A stretch of DNA of 59,756 nt from Candidatus Saccharimonadota bacterium (GTDB lineage: Bacteria; Patescibacteriota; Saccharimonadia; CAILAD01; BJGX01). Location: NCBI GenBank assembly GCA_014191035.1, contig BJGX01000005.1, forward strand, positions 1-59,756, read 5' to 3'. The position numbers were made by a program, and so were the translations under genes. How positions within the stretch are numbered: the stretch's first letter is position 1; each line of letters begins with the position of its first letter. Under the pieces are notes generated by a model. That model saw nothing but the letters and a program-made list of their open reading frames with translations, did no database searches and had not been told where the DNA came from. This document shows, piece by piece, positions 51,053 to 59,756 of this stretch.

Positions 51053-51173
51053 GAGAGTTAGGTATTTCGCATAAAAACCACATGCGGACGATCGATTCGT
51101 ATCGGGTCAAAATTCACCCGAGCGAGAATCGCCCACATGCGCACTTTTATATCGATCAAAACCCTAACCTTTC
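51053..51173 (-). ncRNA. Candidate structured RNA (long irregular hairpin)
   Basis: Nested stems GGTTAGG/CCTAACT, GCATGTGGGCGAT/ATCGTCCGCATGT and TCGGGT/ACCCGA; G-U pairs work only on the minus strand. Confidence 0.5.
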
Positions 51174-51175
51174 AT

Positions 51176-51346
51176 TTAGTTTGATTTTTTTGTCGATTGG
51201 ACAGACATAGTCTTGGCCTGCAAGGCTTCTGCCCGTCTAGCCCACTTTGTTGCCATTTCGTCTAAGATGTCTTCGACAACTTGACGATCGTGCAGCAGAT
51301 TCCTGTGCATACGACGGAACTGCTTTAAAGCTCTTCGTCTTTTCAT
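51176..51346 (-). CDS. 56-aa basic small protein (not in ORF track)
   Basis: TATAAT, strong GAGGAGGTG SD; MKRRRALKQFRRMHRNLLHDRQVVEDILDEMATKWARRAEALQAKTMSVQSTKKSN. Confidence 0.7.
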   Translation of the reverse strand: MKRRRALKQFRRMHRNLLHDRQVVEDILDEMATKWARRAEALQAKTMSVQSTKKSN

Positions 51347-51437
51347 ATCCTTTCACCTCCTCTCTTAAAAGCGGTGTATTTTTATTATACACCCATTTAA
51401 ACAAAGGCAAGCAAATTTTGTGACAAAATTGTTATGT

Positions 51438-51764
51438 TTATAGCTTGTCTATCTTGGCAGCCATTATAAAGTCATTTTCACTAAGGCCCTTTACAGCGTG
51501 CGTGTACAATTCCAAATCTACAATGTTATAGAAAATATAAATATCTGGGTGGTGCCCCTCATGATTAGCAATATCTGCAACATCGTTTACAAACTTCATT
51601 GCCTCTTTAAAGTCTTTGAATTTAAATTTGCGCTTAATACTATGGTCTTTTATTACTTCCCACTCAGAGTCTACCTCTTTAATATATTTTTTAATGTCTC
51701 CTTGTGGCATTGGTGGGGTTCCACCCTCGCAGGCAAAACAAGTACGGCTAGCTAAATCTTTCAT
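51438..51764 (-). CDS. Pterin-4-alpha-carbinolamine dehydratase family protein
   Basis: FKFKDF, EGHHPDI, THAVKGLSENDFIMAAKID. Confidence 0.93.
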   Translation of the reverse strand: MKDLASRTCFACEGGTPPMPQGDIKKYIKEVDSEWEVIKDHSIKRKFKFKDFKEAMKFVNDVADIANHEGHHPDIYIFYNIVDLELYTHAVKGLSENDFIMAAKIDKL

Positions 51765-51817
51765 GATCCTCCTTATTAATTAAGCTTTGGTTTAGATTAT
51801 ATAGTAAAATAACTCTT

Positions 51818-52864
51818 ATGAATTTAAAAATCCAAGAAAATGTTCCATTAGCCGAGTTAACCACTTTCAAAATTGGCGGCAATGCTAGATACTTTGCTGA
51901 AATTAACTCCATTGATGAGCTAGTAGAGGCTTTTGAATGGGTGAAGGACAAGGGCCTGGGTTATTTTATTCTTGGTGGTGGTAGCAATACTATCTTTAAT
52001 GATGAAGACTATCTTGGCCTAATTATAAAGATGAATATTATGGGTTTTGAAGTAATAAATGAGGATGAATCTAGTGCCACTATAAAAGTTGGAGCCGGTG
52101 AAGACTGGGATGAAACAGTAAAGAGGACTGTCGATATGAATTTATCTGGTATGGAGGCTCTTTCAGGCGTGCCTGGTAACACCGGGGCCACGCCTGTACA
52201 GAATATTGGCGCCTATGGCCAGGAAGTTAAGGATACAATATATTTTGTTGAGGTCTACGACACAAAGCAAAACAAAGTTACTAAATTAAGCAATGAAGAT
52301 TGTAATTTTAGTTACAGAGATAGCATATTTAAAAGCTCCGAAAGGGGCCGATACATAATATGTTTTGTTGCCTTCAAATTATCTAAGGAGAAAGCTGAAA
52401 TTCCGCAATATAAAGATGTGATTAATTATTTTAAAGATAAAAATATAATAAACCCAAGCCTCCAAGAAATTCGCGAAGCAATACTTGAAATTCGTAAAAA
52501 CAAATTCGTGAATCCGTCTATCATGCCTAATGCGGGATCATTTTTTAAAAACCCCAAAGTCTCTAAAGAAATTGCAGAAAAAATAATGCTTAAATACCCT
52601 GATATCAAGCTATACCCAGAAGACACAAAGATTTTTCCAAACCCCGATGGTACTTATAAATTAGCAGCTGGCTGGCTAATTCAGGAGGCCGGATTTAAGG
52701 GTGTTGAGCTTGAAAAAGTTAGAATTGACCCAAATCATGCATTAGTACTAGAAAACAAAGGGGGAGCAAGCCAAAAAGATTTGATGGATTTGGTAGATAA
52801 AGTAAAAAGCAAAGTCTTTGAACTGTTTGAGGTTGAACTAGAAATAGAACCTGTAGTGATTTAG
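51818..52864 (+). CDS. murB: UDP-N-acetylmuramate dehydrogenase
   Basis: GGGSN, QNIGAYG, YRDSIFK, NAGSFFKNP, HALVL, LEIEP. Confidence 0.96.
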   Translation: MNLKIQENVPLAELTTFKIGGNARYFAEINSIDELVEAFEWVKDKGLGYFILGGGSNTIFNDEDYLGLIIKMNIMGFEVINEDESSATIKVGAGEDWDETVKRTVDMNLSGMEALSGVPGNTGATPVQNIGAYGQEVKDTIYFVEVYDTKQNKVTKLSNEDCNFSYRDSIFKSSERGRYIICFVAFKLSKEKAEIPQYKDVINYFKDKNIINPSLQEIREAILEIRKNKFVNPSIMPNAGSFFKNPKVSKEIAEKIMLKYPDIKLYPEDTKIFPNPDGTYKLAAGWLIQEAGFKGVELEKVRIDPNHALVLENKGGASQKDLMDLVDKVKSKVFELFEVELEIEPVVI

Positions 52865-53274
52865 GACCAAACTGCGTATAGGGTAGCGCTCATTGCCATA
52901 AGTATTAGCACCTGGCCAGATAGATCAATCAGCATAAGTTTGGTGCTAATTTTTTCAAATAAGCCACCTGCGACAACGTAAGTGACTATAAATCCAAGCC
53001 AAATCCATCCAGCCACCTTAACAGCCTCGAACATGCTTTGGGGGTTAGTAATTATGATAAATCTTTGAAGTACAATTGCAGTTAATACAATCATCACAAG
53101 TGCAACTAAATACTTAGCTGGAGATCCACCCCTTAACTCTTTATCTTTTATTTTGGCTTCCTTTTGCCACATTTTGCCAAAAGCAATTGGTGAATACCAG
53201 ATTCCTGAAACCACTATTGCAGCAAGGGTTGATAGCAAAATACCTACCCAGTTATCAGTTATTAAATTCAACAT
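52861..53274 (-). CDS. DUF1761 family membrane protein
   Basis: GIWYSPIAFGKMW motif, four TM segments. Confidence 0.85.
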   Translation of the reverse strand: MLNLITDNWVGILLSTLAAIVVSGIWYSPIAFGKMWQKEAKIKDKELRGGSPAKYLVALVMIVLTAIVLQRFIIITNPQSMFEAVKVAGWIWLGFIVTYVVAGGLFEKISTKLMLIDLSGQVLILMAMSATLYAVWS

Positions 53275-53342
53275 AAGCGCTCCTTTTTGTTTTAAAAGTT
53301 ATGCTTATATTATGCACTTAATTTATTATTTATCAAGTTTTA

Positions 53343-54611
53343 CTAGGCCAGCTTTGTTTCCAAGGATTCTATCTCATCAATAGGGTGCATAAAACTTTCG
53401 AATTTATCGCTTCGGCTTATTACTTCTACACAGTTATTTTCTAAGGTCTTTTTGCTAACTACAATCTGCACTGGGCAACCAATTAAATCTGCGTCGGCAA
53501 ATCTCTCACCTGTGCTAGCTGAATCCCTATCATCATAAAGACATTTATCTTCTCCTAATGTTTCATAAACCTTATTGGCAACCTTAATATTTTCTTCATC
53601 TGGAAGCGCGACAATATGATACATGTACGGCGCAATGCTTTCAGGCCAAACCAATCCCTTATCATCTGCAAATTTTTCGGTAATAACGCCCATCAATCTT
53701 GATATGCCAATACCATAGCTTCCCATCCAAACATTTTTTTGGATATTATCTTCGTCGGAATATTTATAATCCAGGTGCTCGGAAAACTTAGTACTTAGAG
53801 GAAATATGTTTCCAACTTCACTTGCCATTACTTGCTCTAGCTCATCAAAGTTAACTCCAAGCTTCTTGGCGTCCTCAGGCGTGGCCACCTCTTTGTTATA
53901 TGCAACTTTATTTTTACGGTCCAAATAAATAACATCTTCACCGCTTTCAAGTACAGTTTGGTACTCATGAGAATAATCATCAGTAAAGTCACCGCCAGAT
54001 GCAAAAGTAATATATGTATCTTGGCCAATTCCTAACCTGTCAAAAATAGCGTCATATCTTTCTTTGGCAAGTTCGTAAAATTTATTCAGATCATCCTCAC
54101 TGGTGTGGAAGCTGTAGAGATCTTTCATTATAAATTCACGACCGCGAAGAAGCCCAGATTTAGCCCTAGCTTCATTTCTAAATTTAGTTTGGATTTGATA
54201 TACAGCAAAAGGAAAATCTTTATAGCTTGTGCGAAAATGCTTTGCAATTGGAGTAATAATTTCTTCGTGCGTAGGATTCAATATGTATTCTGCTGTACTT
54301 TTTTCTAGGGCTTTTTCGTTTGCAGCTCTAGTACTCATTAATATATCTATAGCGTCATGGCGCTTGGTTGCATGCCAGCGCTCGCGGCCCGAAAGTGCGG
54401 GCATCAAGAGCTCTTCACCAATCTTGTCCATTTCGTCGCGGACAATCTGTTCGATATTTTTAATAACCTTCATTCCTAATGGTAAAAAAGCATAAACTCC
54501 AGCCATTTCTTGGTAAATATATCCAGCCCTAGTTAGCAATTGAGCGTTAACAGATTCAATTTGGCTAGAGATGTTTTTACTTGTTTTGGTAAATAGTTTA
54601 GATAGTTTCAT
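53343..54611 (-). CDS. proS: Proline--tRNA ligase (short form without editing insert)
   Basis: LLTRAGYI, PTHEE, QTKFRNEARAKSGLLRGREFIMKDLYSF, MGSYGIGISR. Confidence 0.95.
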   Translation of the reverse strand: MKLSKLFTKTSKNISSQIESVNAQLLTRAGYIYQEMAGVYAFLPLGMKVIKNIEQIVRDEMDKIGEELLMPALSGRERWHATKRHDAIDILMSTRAANEKALEKSTAEYILNPTHEEIITPIAKHFRTSYKDFPFAVYQIQTKFRNEARAKSGLLRGREFIMKDLYSFHTSEDDLNKFYELAKERYDAIFDRLGIGQDTYITFASGGDFTDDYSHEYQTVLESGEDVIYLDRKNKVAYNKEVATPEDAKKLGVNFDELEQVMASEVGNIFPLSTKFSEHLDYKYSDEDNIQKNVWMGSYGIGISRLMGVITEKFADDKGLVWPESIAPYMYHIVALPDEENIKVANKVYETLGEDKCLYDDRDSASTGERFADADLIGCPVQIVVSKKTLENNCVEVISRSDKFESFMHPIDEIESLETKLA

Positions 54612-54651
54612 ATCTATTAGTATCGTGTAAATAATCTAATGTTGCAAGCTG

Positions 54652-56505
54652 TTATTTAGCAACTTTGGGTCTAAAGCGAGCTCTTAGCGCGTTCAATATT
54701 ACAATTACATCAATTGCTTCCTGCATAAATGCGCCCGCAACAGGGACTATAAACCCTGCAACAGCAAAAACCATTAATATTGAGCTTAATCCCATTCCGG
54801 TAAAAATACTTTGCTTGGCTATAAATACAGATCGCTTCGAAATAGCCACCAGCTCAGAGAGCCTACCTAGATCATCTTGCATAATAACTGCATCGGCGGC
54901 TTCAGAAGCAGCGGTTGATCCTTTAGCACCCAAAGCCACTCCGACATCAGAAGCTGCAAGCACTGGAGCGTCATTAATGCCATCGCCAACCATAGCAATT
55001 GGACTATACTTTTTCTTTTCAGCTAGTAAAATATTTACTTTATCGGCAGGCAATACTTCGCTTTCGACTTTTGTAATACCAAGCTGATTGCCTATATACT
55101 CCCCTACCTGCTTACGATCGCCAGTTATCATAATAAAGTTCTTAACCCCTGAACTTTTCAGATCTGCTATAGTCTGCTTGGCTTCTGCTCGCAATGGATC
55201 AACAAATGAAATTGAGCCCAAATACTTATTACCGCTAGCTACATAGAGTGCGGTGTTTTCGTGCTCGCTATGGCCAACGCAAATCGGTGAATTTACATCG
55301 ATACCCGATTCCTTAAGAAGTGCAAAACTACCAACAAATACTTTTTTGCCTTTTACTTCAGCAGTTATTCCCTTTCCTGGTATTTCTTTTGATTTTTCCA
55401 CCTTGTATAAACTTAGCTTTTTGGAATTTGCAGTATCTACAACCACTTGTGCTAGAGTGTGGGTCGAATACTTTTCAACACTTGCGGCAATTTTTAATAA
55501 TTCATCCCTGGTAACTCCCTCGCAAGGGTCAATGCCCATTACAGTCGGCTTGCCCTGAGTTACTGTTCCGGTTTTATCAAAAGCAATTGCCTTTAGTCTA
55601 CTTAATTGTTCGAGCACCCCGCCACTTTTAATGATCACACCTCTACTGGCTGCCCTGCTCATTCCAGATACAATTGCTACTGGGGTGGCAATTAGTAGCG
55701 GGCATGGGGTTGCAACAACCAGAACCGAAAGGGCACGCACCGGGTCACCACTTATAATCCAGGCGATTGCTGCCATTACAAATGTAATTATTGTAAATGG
55801 CAGACTATAAACATCTGCCAGACGCACAAGAGGTGATTTCTTAGTTGATGCCTCGCTAACTAATTTAATAATTGTTTCGTATTGGCTTTCTTTACTTATC
55901 TTAGTTGCATGAATTTCAATAACACCGTCTAGGTTAATTGAACCCGACAATACTTCATCGCCCGATTTTTTATTTTCAGGCAAGCTCTCTCCAGTTATGG
56001 CAGATTCATCAACCGAACTAAAGCCTTTATATATTTTTCCATCTACTGGAATCATGTCTCCGGGCTTTAACAATATCGAGTCGTCAACTTTTACTTTATC
56101 TACCGGAACATCCTGGGGTTGGCCATTAACAATTAAGTGTGCGATGGTTGGCTTGCGTTTTAATAAGCTATCTAGCTCTTTACGGGCACGGTTTTTGGCG
56201 AATTCCTCTAAGGCATTTCCGCCCGTCAACATTATTACAATAACCGCGGCTGCCACGTATTGGCCCAAAAGTAGAGAGGCCCCAATAGCCACCAGTGCAA
56301 TAATATCTACGCCAACTTGGCCAGACATTAGAGTTTTTATCATTTCGCGAGCTTCTGGCAAAATTGCAATTATGGAAATAGCTATTACGCCAATTGTGGC
56401 TGGCTGCTTGTAACCTAAAAGTGCTAACACCAAACAAATACTAAGCACTATTAAAACTAAGCCAAAATTTACATAGGGCCAACTAACTGTTAGCTTTTTA
56501 CTCAT
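54652..56505 (-). CDS. Heavy-metal P1B-type ATPase (P1B-5-like)
   Basis: TGES, ATPCPL, DKTGT, GDGINDAP, QEAID. Confidence 0.93.
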   Translation of the reverse strand: MSKKLTVSWPYVNFGLVLIVLSICLVLALLGYKQPATIGVIAISIIAILPEAREMIKTLMSGQVGVDIIALVAIGASLLLGQYVAAAVIVIMLTGGNALEEFAKNRARKELDSLLKRKPTIAHLIVNGQPQDVPVDKVKVDDSILLKPGDMIPVDGKIYKGFSSVDESAITGESLPENKKSGDEVLSGSINLDGVIEIHATKISKESQYETIIKLVSEASTKKSPLVRLADVYSLPFTIITFVMAAIAWIISGDPVRALSVLVVATPCPLLIATPVAIVSGMSRAASRGVIIKSGGVLEQLSRLKAIAFDKTGTVTQGKPTVMGIDPCEGVTRDELLKIAASVEKYSTHTLAQVVVDTANSKKLSLYKVEKSKEIPGKGITAEVKGKKVFVGSFALLKESGIDVNSPICVGHSEHENTALYVASGNKYLGSISFVDPLRAEAKQTIADLKSSGVKNFIMITGDRKQVGEYIGNQLGITKVESEVLPADKVNILLAEKKKYSPIAMVGDGINDAPVLAASDVGVALGAKGSTAASEAADAVIMQDDLGRLSELVAISKRSVFIAKQSIFTGMGLSSILMVFAVAGFIVPVAGAFMQEAIDVIVILNALRARFRPKVAK

Positions 56506-56629
56506 ATATTAATAATACAGGCTAAATAAGATTATTTAAAACCCGGCAGAACTATTTTAACCTTGACTTTTTTATCTTATTTTGATACTATTATGGGCCT
56601 GCCTAGTCCCGAAAGGAGCTGGTTATCAG

Positions 56630-57004
56630 ATGGCATCCCTGCCATTTTGGAAGAGTTTCGGAAATATGGGTGCACTCCGAAACATTGAAACGCACCAAGA
56701 ACGGAAGGTTCGTGAACACGCCAGGACTGATATCCTGATTACACGAGTTTCACTTGCCGACCAGATGGGCGAGGAATGTCACAAGTTCCTCGACAATGCC
56801 CAAAAGGCCCTCGATAAGGGCTATGTGGAGCCGGCTCACATAAGCCGACTCATCAACTTCTTGCGAGAAGGAGCCTACCCAGGCTTTCTCGTGTGGACGT
56901 TGGTCGCCCTAACCGAAGCCAAGTCCCGAGACCAACGAGAGTCGATCATCGACCTCGCTCGGAGCAACGCTTCGGTTAATTCAAAGCCCCTAGCCAGGGC
57001 ATAG
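56630..57004 (+). CDS. Hypothetical protein (124 aa)
   Basis: TTGACT-N17-TACTAT promoter (56563-56591), AAAGGAG SD, ATG 56630; GC-richer than neighbours. Confidence 0.7.
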   Translation: MASLPFWKSFGNMGALRNIETHQERKVREHARTDILITRVSLADQMGEECHKFLDNAQKALDKGYVEPAHISRLINFLREGAYPGFLVWTLVALTEAKSRDQRESIIDLARSNASVNSKPLARA

Positions 57005-57020
57005 TACTGGTTAGCTTTTT

Positions 57021-57051
57021 GCCCCCTCTGTCTTCGGACAAGGGGCTTTTT
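57021..57051 (+). terminator. Intrinsic terminator
   Basis: GCCCC...TGTC-TTCG-GACA...GGGGC-TTTTT with a cUUCGg loop. Confidence 0.8.
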
Positions 57052-57054
57052 CTT

Positions 57055-57765
57055 TTAATAATAAACTTTGTTGTAAGATTTCAAATGCAAATGGTGATCA
57101 TGTTTATCATACTCATAAACTGTCACTCCGCAATTTAATGGCTTTTGTTCTGTTGAAAATCGAAGAGCCTGTTCATAACTCCATTTTTCTAATAAAAATC
57201 TAAAGCTTCTTATGGCGCCGGCATGTGTTACTACGAGTATTTTTTGCCCAGCTCTGTCTCTAAAAATTGTGTCCATAAACAAATAAATTCTTTCTGTTAC
57301 TTGAGCTAAACTTTCTCCTCCAGGTGGAACTGCAAAGTAGCCACCAAAAGTCTTCCAATACTCAGCCATATATGGAAAGGCTTTTTTAGCTTCTTCTTCG
57401 GTCATATCATAAGCATATCCAGGGTCGCGCTCACGAATAAACGAACTCATTCTAACTTTCATTCGATCTTTTTCTGATTCGCTATAGTTTCTTAAAATTT
57501 CATCAACTGTCTGCTTAGTTCTTTTGTAGCCAGAATGGTAAACATAATCAAACACTCCAAAGCTTTGTTTTAAAATGTGCCCAGTAATTCTGGCTTGAGA
57601 TTTGCCTGCTTCAGTAAGCTCCACTTCCTCATCAGCAATCCCGCGAACTTTATTGCGTGCGTATTCATCGGCAAAGAAAGATTCATCTTTTTTTACTTTA
57701 TTGCGTTCTGATTCAGCATGCCTGACTAATATTAGTTCTAATGGTCGATCAATTTTTCTGTCCAT
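57055..57765 (-). CDS. Histidine phosphatase family protein
   Basis: LVRHAES, RTKQT, PPGGESL, VVTHAG. Confidence 0.9.
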   Translation of the reverse strand: MDRKIDRPLELILVRHAESERNKVKKDESFFADEYARNKVRGIADEEVELTEAGKSQARITGHILKQSFGVFDYVYHSGYKRTKQTVDEILRNYSESEKDRMKVRMSSFIRERDPGYAYDMTEEEAKKAFPYMAEYWKTFGGYFAVPPGGESLAQVTERIYLFMDTIFRDRAGQKILVVTHAGAIRSFRFLLEKWSYEQALRFSTEQKPLNCGVTVYEYDKHDHHLHLKSYNKVYY

Positions 57766-57830
57766 ATCTGTTATTTTAGCATAAAAATAAAATAGCCCGG
57801 CGTATAAACCGAGCTTTTTGACTAAACAAA

Positions 57831-58205
57831 TTAGTTTAGTCGGGGGTCATTAATGGCATTAAAGTTACACTCTTCGAGAGCTTCTGTTATCTCGATGGTT
57901 GTATCGAGCGCCTCTTCATCGTCCATACCCATACCCTCAAGTATGCAGTACACAAATTCCTGCATGGGCTGAATGCCGCTAATTACTGCCTGCTTCCACT
58001 TGGACATGTCATAGAATGTTTCACCATTCGACATTTCTAGGCGGATCTTAGACTTCATATTGCCAAGTACCGTGATAACAGAATCTGTTCCTGAATAGAG
58101 AGAATTTTCATAAGCCTTGATAACAAGTTCACAATAAAAATTTAAGCTATTTTCATAGTGAGAAATCCAGCTGACCGAGAACGTATCTCCCTCATCGATG
58201 CCCAA
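57831..58205 (-). CDS. Hypothetical acidic protein
   Basis: TTGATT-N17-TAATAT promoter, AAGGAGG SD, TTG start, downstream hairpin near 57795-57820. Confidence 0.7.
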   Translation of the reverse strand: MGIDEGDTFSVSWISHYENSLNFYCELVIKAYENSLYSGTDSVITVLGNMKSKIRLEMSNGETFYDMSKWKQAVISGIQPMQEFVYCILEGMGMDDEEALDTTIEITEALEECNFNAINDPRLN

Positions 58206-58262
58206 CTGTCCTCCTTGGTAAGGTCGCTATATATTACAACTTTTACAGATATAAATCAATGC

Positions 58263-59288
58263 TTATCTTATCAACATACTATCGCCGTAGCTCAAGAAAT
58301 TATATTCATTTTTAATTGCTTTTTCATAGGCAATTAGTAGATTATCCCAGCCAGCAAATGCTCCAGCCAGCATCAACACCGTACTCTTGGGCGCATGAAA
58401 GTTCGTAAGAAGCATATCGACTACCTTAAATTGATAGCCTGGGTAAATAAATATGTCTGACTCGCCTTCAATGTTTTCTTTGCCCGATAGAATATGTTCG
58501 CTGGCATACTCCAAAGTTCTAGCTACCGTTGTACCAACAGCTAAAACTTTATTGCCACTATTTTTAGCCTTATTTATTTTTTTAACAGTTGATCCCGGGA
58601 TACTAAACCATTCACTGTGCATTTTGTGTTCTTTGATGTTATCCGTGCGAATTGGCAGGAATGTACCAAGCCCTACATGCAATGTTAAATAGCAAACCTC
58701 AACACCCCTTGCTTTGAGCTTATCAATTAGCTTATCTGTAAAATTAAGGCTCGCAGTTGGTGCAGCCACCGAGCCCTCGCTTTTGGCAAACTCGGTTTGG
58801 TAGCGCTCCACATCCTCTTTGGTATCTTCGCGCTTCATATATGGTGGCAAGGGCACATGCCCTAGGCTTTCGGCTATTTCCATAAAGTCGGCTGTAGATT
58901 CCAAAAGCGCCGTACCGTCTTCGTAAACTCCAAGCACTCGTACATTGTATTTATCGATTGCCAAATCCATACCCTCTTTTAGCTTTCCTCTATACATTGC
59001 TTTGTGATGATATTTATCTTCGGCCTGACCGTGCTTTTCGGTTAAGAGTATTTCATATTTTTTTCCATCAGCACCAACAGCTTCTAGCCGAGCCTTAATT
59101 ACCTTTGTGTTATTTAGTACCACTATGTCGCCAGGATTTAAATAGCTTAATAAATCTGCATATTTTTTATCCTTCACTTCGCCAGTACTTTTATCCAAAA
59201 CCAAAAGCTTTGCATCGCCACGCTTTTGGGGTGGATGCTGGGCAATTCTTTCTTTTGGAAGTTTGTAATTATAATCGCTTAGTTTCAT
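58263..59288 (-). CDS. queA: S-adenosylmethionine:tRNA ribosyltransferase-isomerase
   Basis: NNTKVIKARL, PLPPY, AAPTASL, TLHVGLGTF, TNFHAPKST, SYGDSM. Confidence 0.96.
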   Translation of the reverse strand: MKLSDYNYKLPKERIAQHPPQKRGDAKLLVLDKSTGEVKDKKYADLLSYLNPGDIVVLNNTKVIKARLEAVGADGKKYEILLTEKHGQAEDKYHHKAMYRGKLKEGMDLAIDKYNVRVLGVYEDGTALLESTADFMEIAESLGHVPLPPYMKREDTKEDVERYQTEFAKSEGSVAAPTASLNFTDKLIDKLKARGVEVCYLTLHVGLGTFLPIRTDNIKEHKMHSEWFSIPGSTVKKINKAKNSGNKVLAVGTTVARTLEYASEHILSGKENIEGESDIFIYPGYQFKVVDMLLTNFHAPKSTVLMLAGAFAGWDNLLIAYEKAIKNEYNFLSYGDSMLIR

Positions 59289-59488
59289 TGCGTACATTTT
59301 ACCTTATATCTGGAAATTTAGCCTGTTTTTTGCTAAAATACGGGTTGATTTTGCGATCAATAAATTAACGACAAAAGAATCCGAAGGCGCGTTAGCAACT
59401 GTTTCTTTTGTCGAGAGGAGTAATTAAGTGAAAATAGCAAAATGAATCTGAAAAGATTTATTTGTAAATTGAAACTTAATTAGGACGA

Positions 59489-59563
59489 TGGGGTGTGGCC
59501 AAGTGGTAAGGCGCTTGATTCTGGCTCAAGAGATCGTGGGTTCGAATCCTACCACCCCAGCCA
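59489..59563 (+). tRNA. tRNA-Gln(CTG)
   Basis: TGGGGTGTGGCCAAGTGGTAAGGC, CTTGA-TTCTGGC-TCAAG, GGTTCGAATCC, CCCCAGCCA. Confidence 0.96.
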
Positions 59564-59564
59564 A

Positions 59565-59596
59565 TAAAAGTAGTCGACTTTTGTCGGCTATTTTTA
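59565..59596 (+). terminator. Terminator after tRNA-Gln
   Basis: TAAAAGTAGTCGAC-TTTT-GTCGGCTATTTTTA. Confidence 0.75.
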
Positions 59597-59756
59597 TTAG
59601 ATTGCGTATAGATTTGAACCCAATGAGAGTAGCGGTGGGTTCGGTGGAGCGATATCACGCACAGAAGTTTGCTTCGAGCATGATTTAGCGAAGAAGGCGT
59701 AAGCCGCTATTCTACCGACCCAGACATAAAAAAATTGAGTTTTGCTTTTTATATCT

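Noticed and set aside
53343-54611. Truncated proS pseudogene
   Set aside because: Catalytic and anticodon-binding domains are intact; lacking the editing insert is a known ProRS form
59289-59470. preQ1 riboswitch upstream of queA
   Set aside because: No recognisable preQ1 aptamer on the minus strand, and queA appears leaderless

Overview
A 59.8-kb, AT-rich, gene-dense bacterial window using genetic code 11, with most genes on the minus strand. Gene content suggests a Patescibacteria/CPR (Saccharimonadia-like) genome: short ProRS, split transketolase, tandem PfkB genes, a holin-secG-SBP cluster and degenerate tRNAs. This taxonomy is inferred, not proven. Housekeeping genes: rplS, dnaE, gatCAB, ligA, folD, secG, uvrABC, trxB/glutaredoxin, a gap-rpiB-rpe-tkt-pfkB operon, rpmG, xth, murB, proS, queA and 7 tRNAs. 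An accessory block of about 10 kb between uvrA and uvrC carries two photolyases, three beta-helix surface proteins and five highly diverged ~90-aa paralogs that I do not recognise. Most notable observations: (1) that five-member small-protein family, mostly as stand-alone promoter/leader/terminator cassettes; (2) a shared ACCT...AGG leader motif on orphan genes, whereas many core genes look leaderless; (3) tandem tRNA-Leu-derived structured repeats upstream of tRNA-Leu(GAG), and a tRNA-derived element downstream of tRNA-Gln; (4) two G-U-rich long hairpins linked to unannotated small ORFs; (5) a cysteine-free (6-4)-type photolyase; (6) a membrane-anchored HEPN-motif gene inside gatCAB; (7) a plastid/chlamydial-type acyltransferase. 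All calls come from reading the sequence and recalling motifs; no searches were run.
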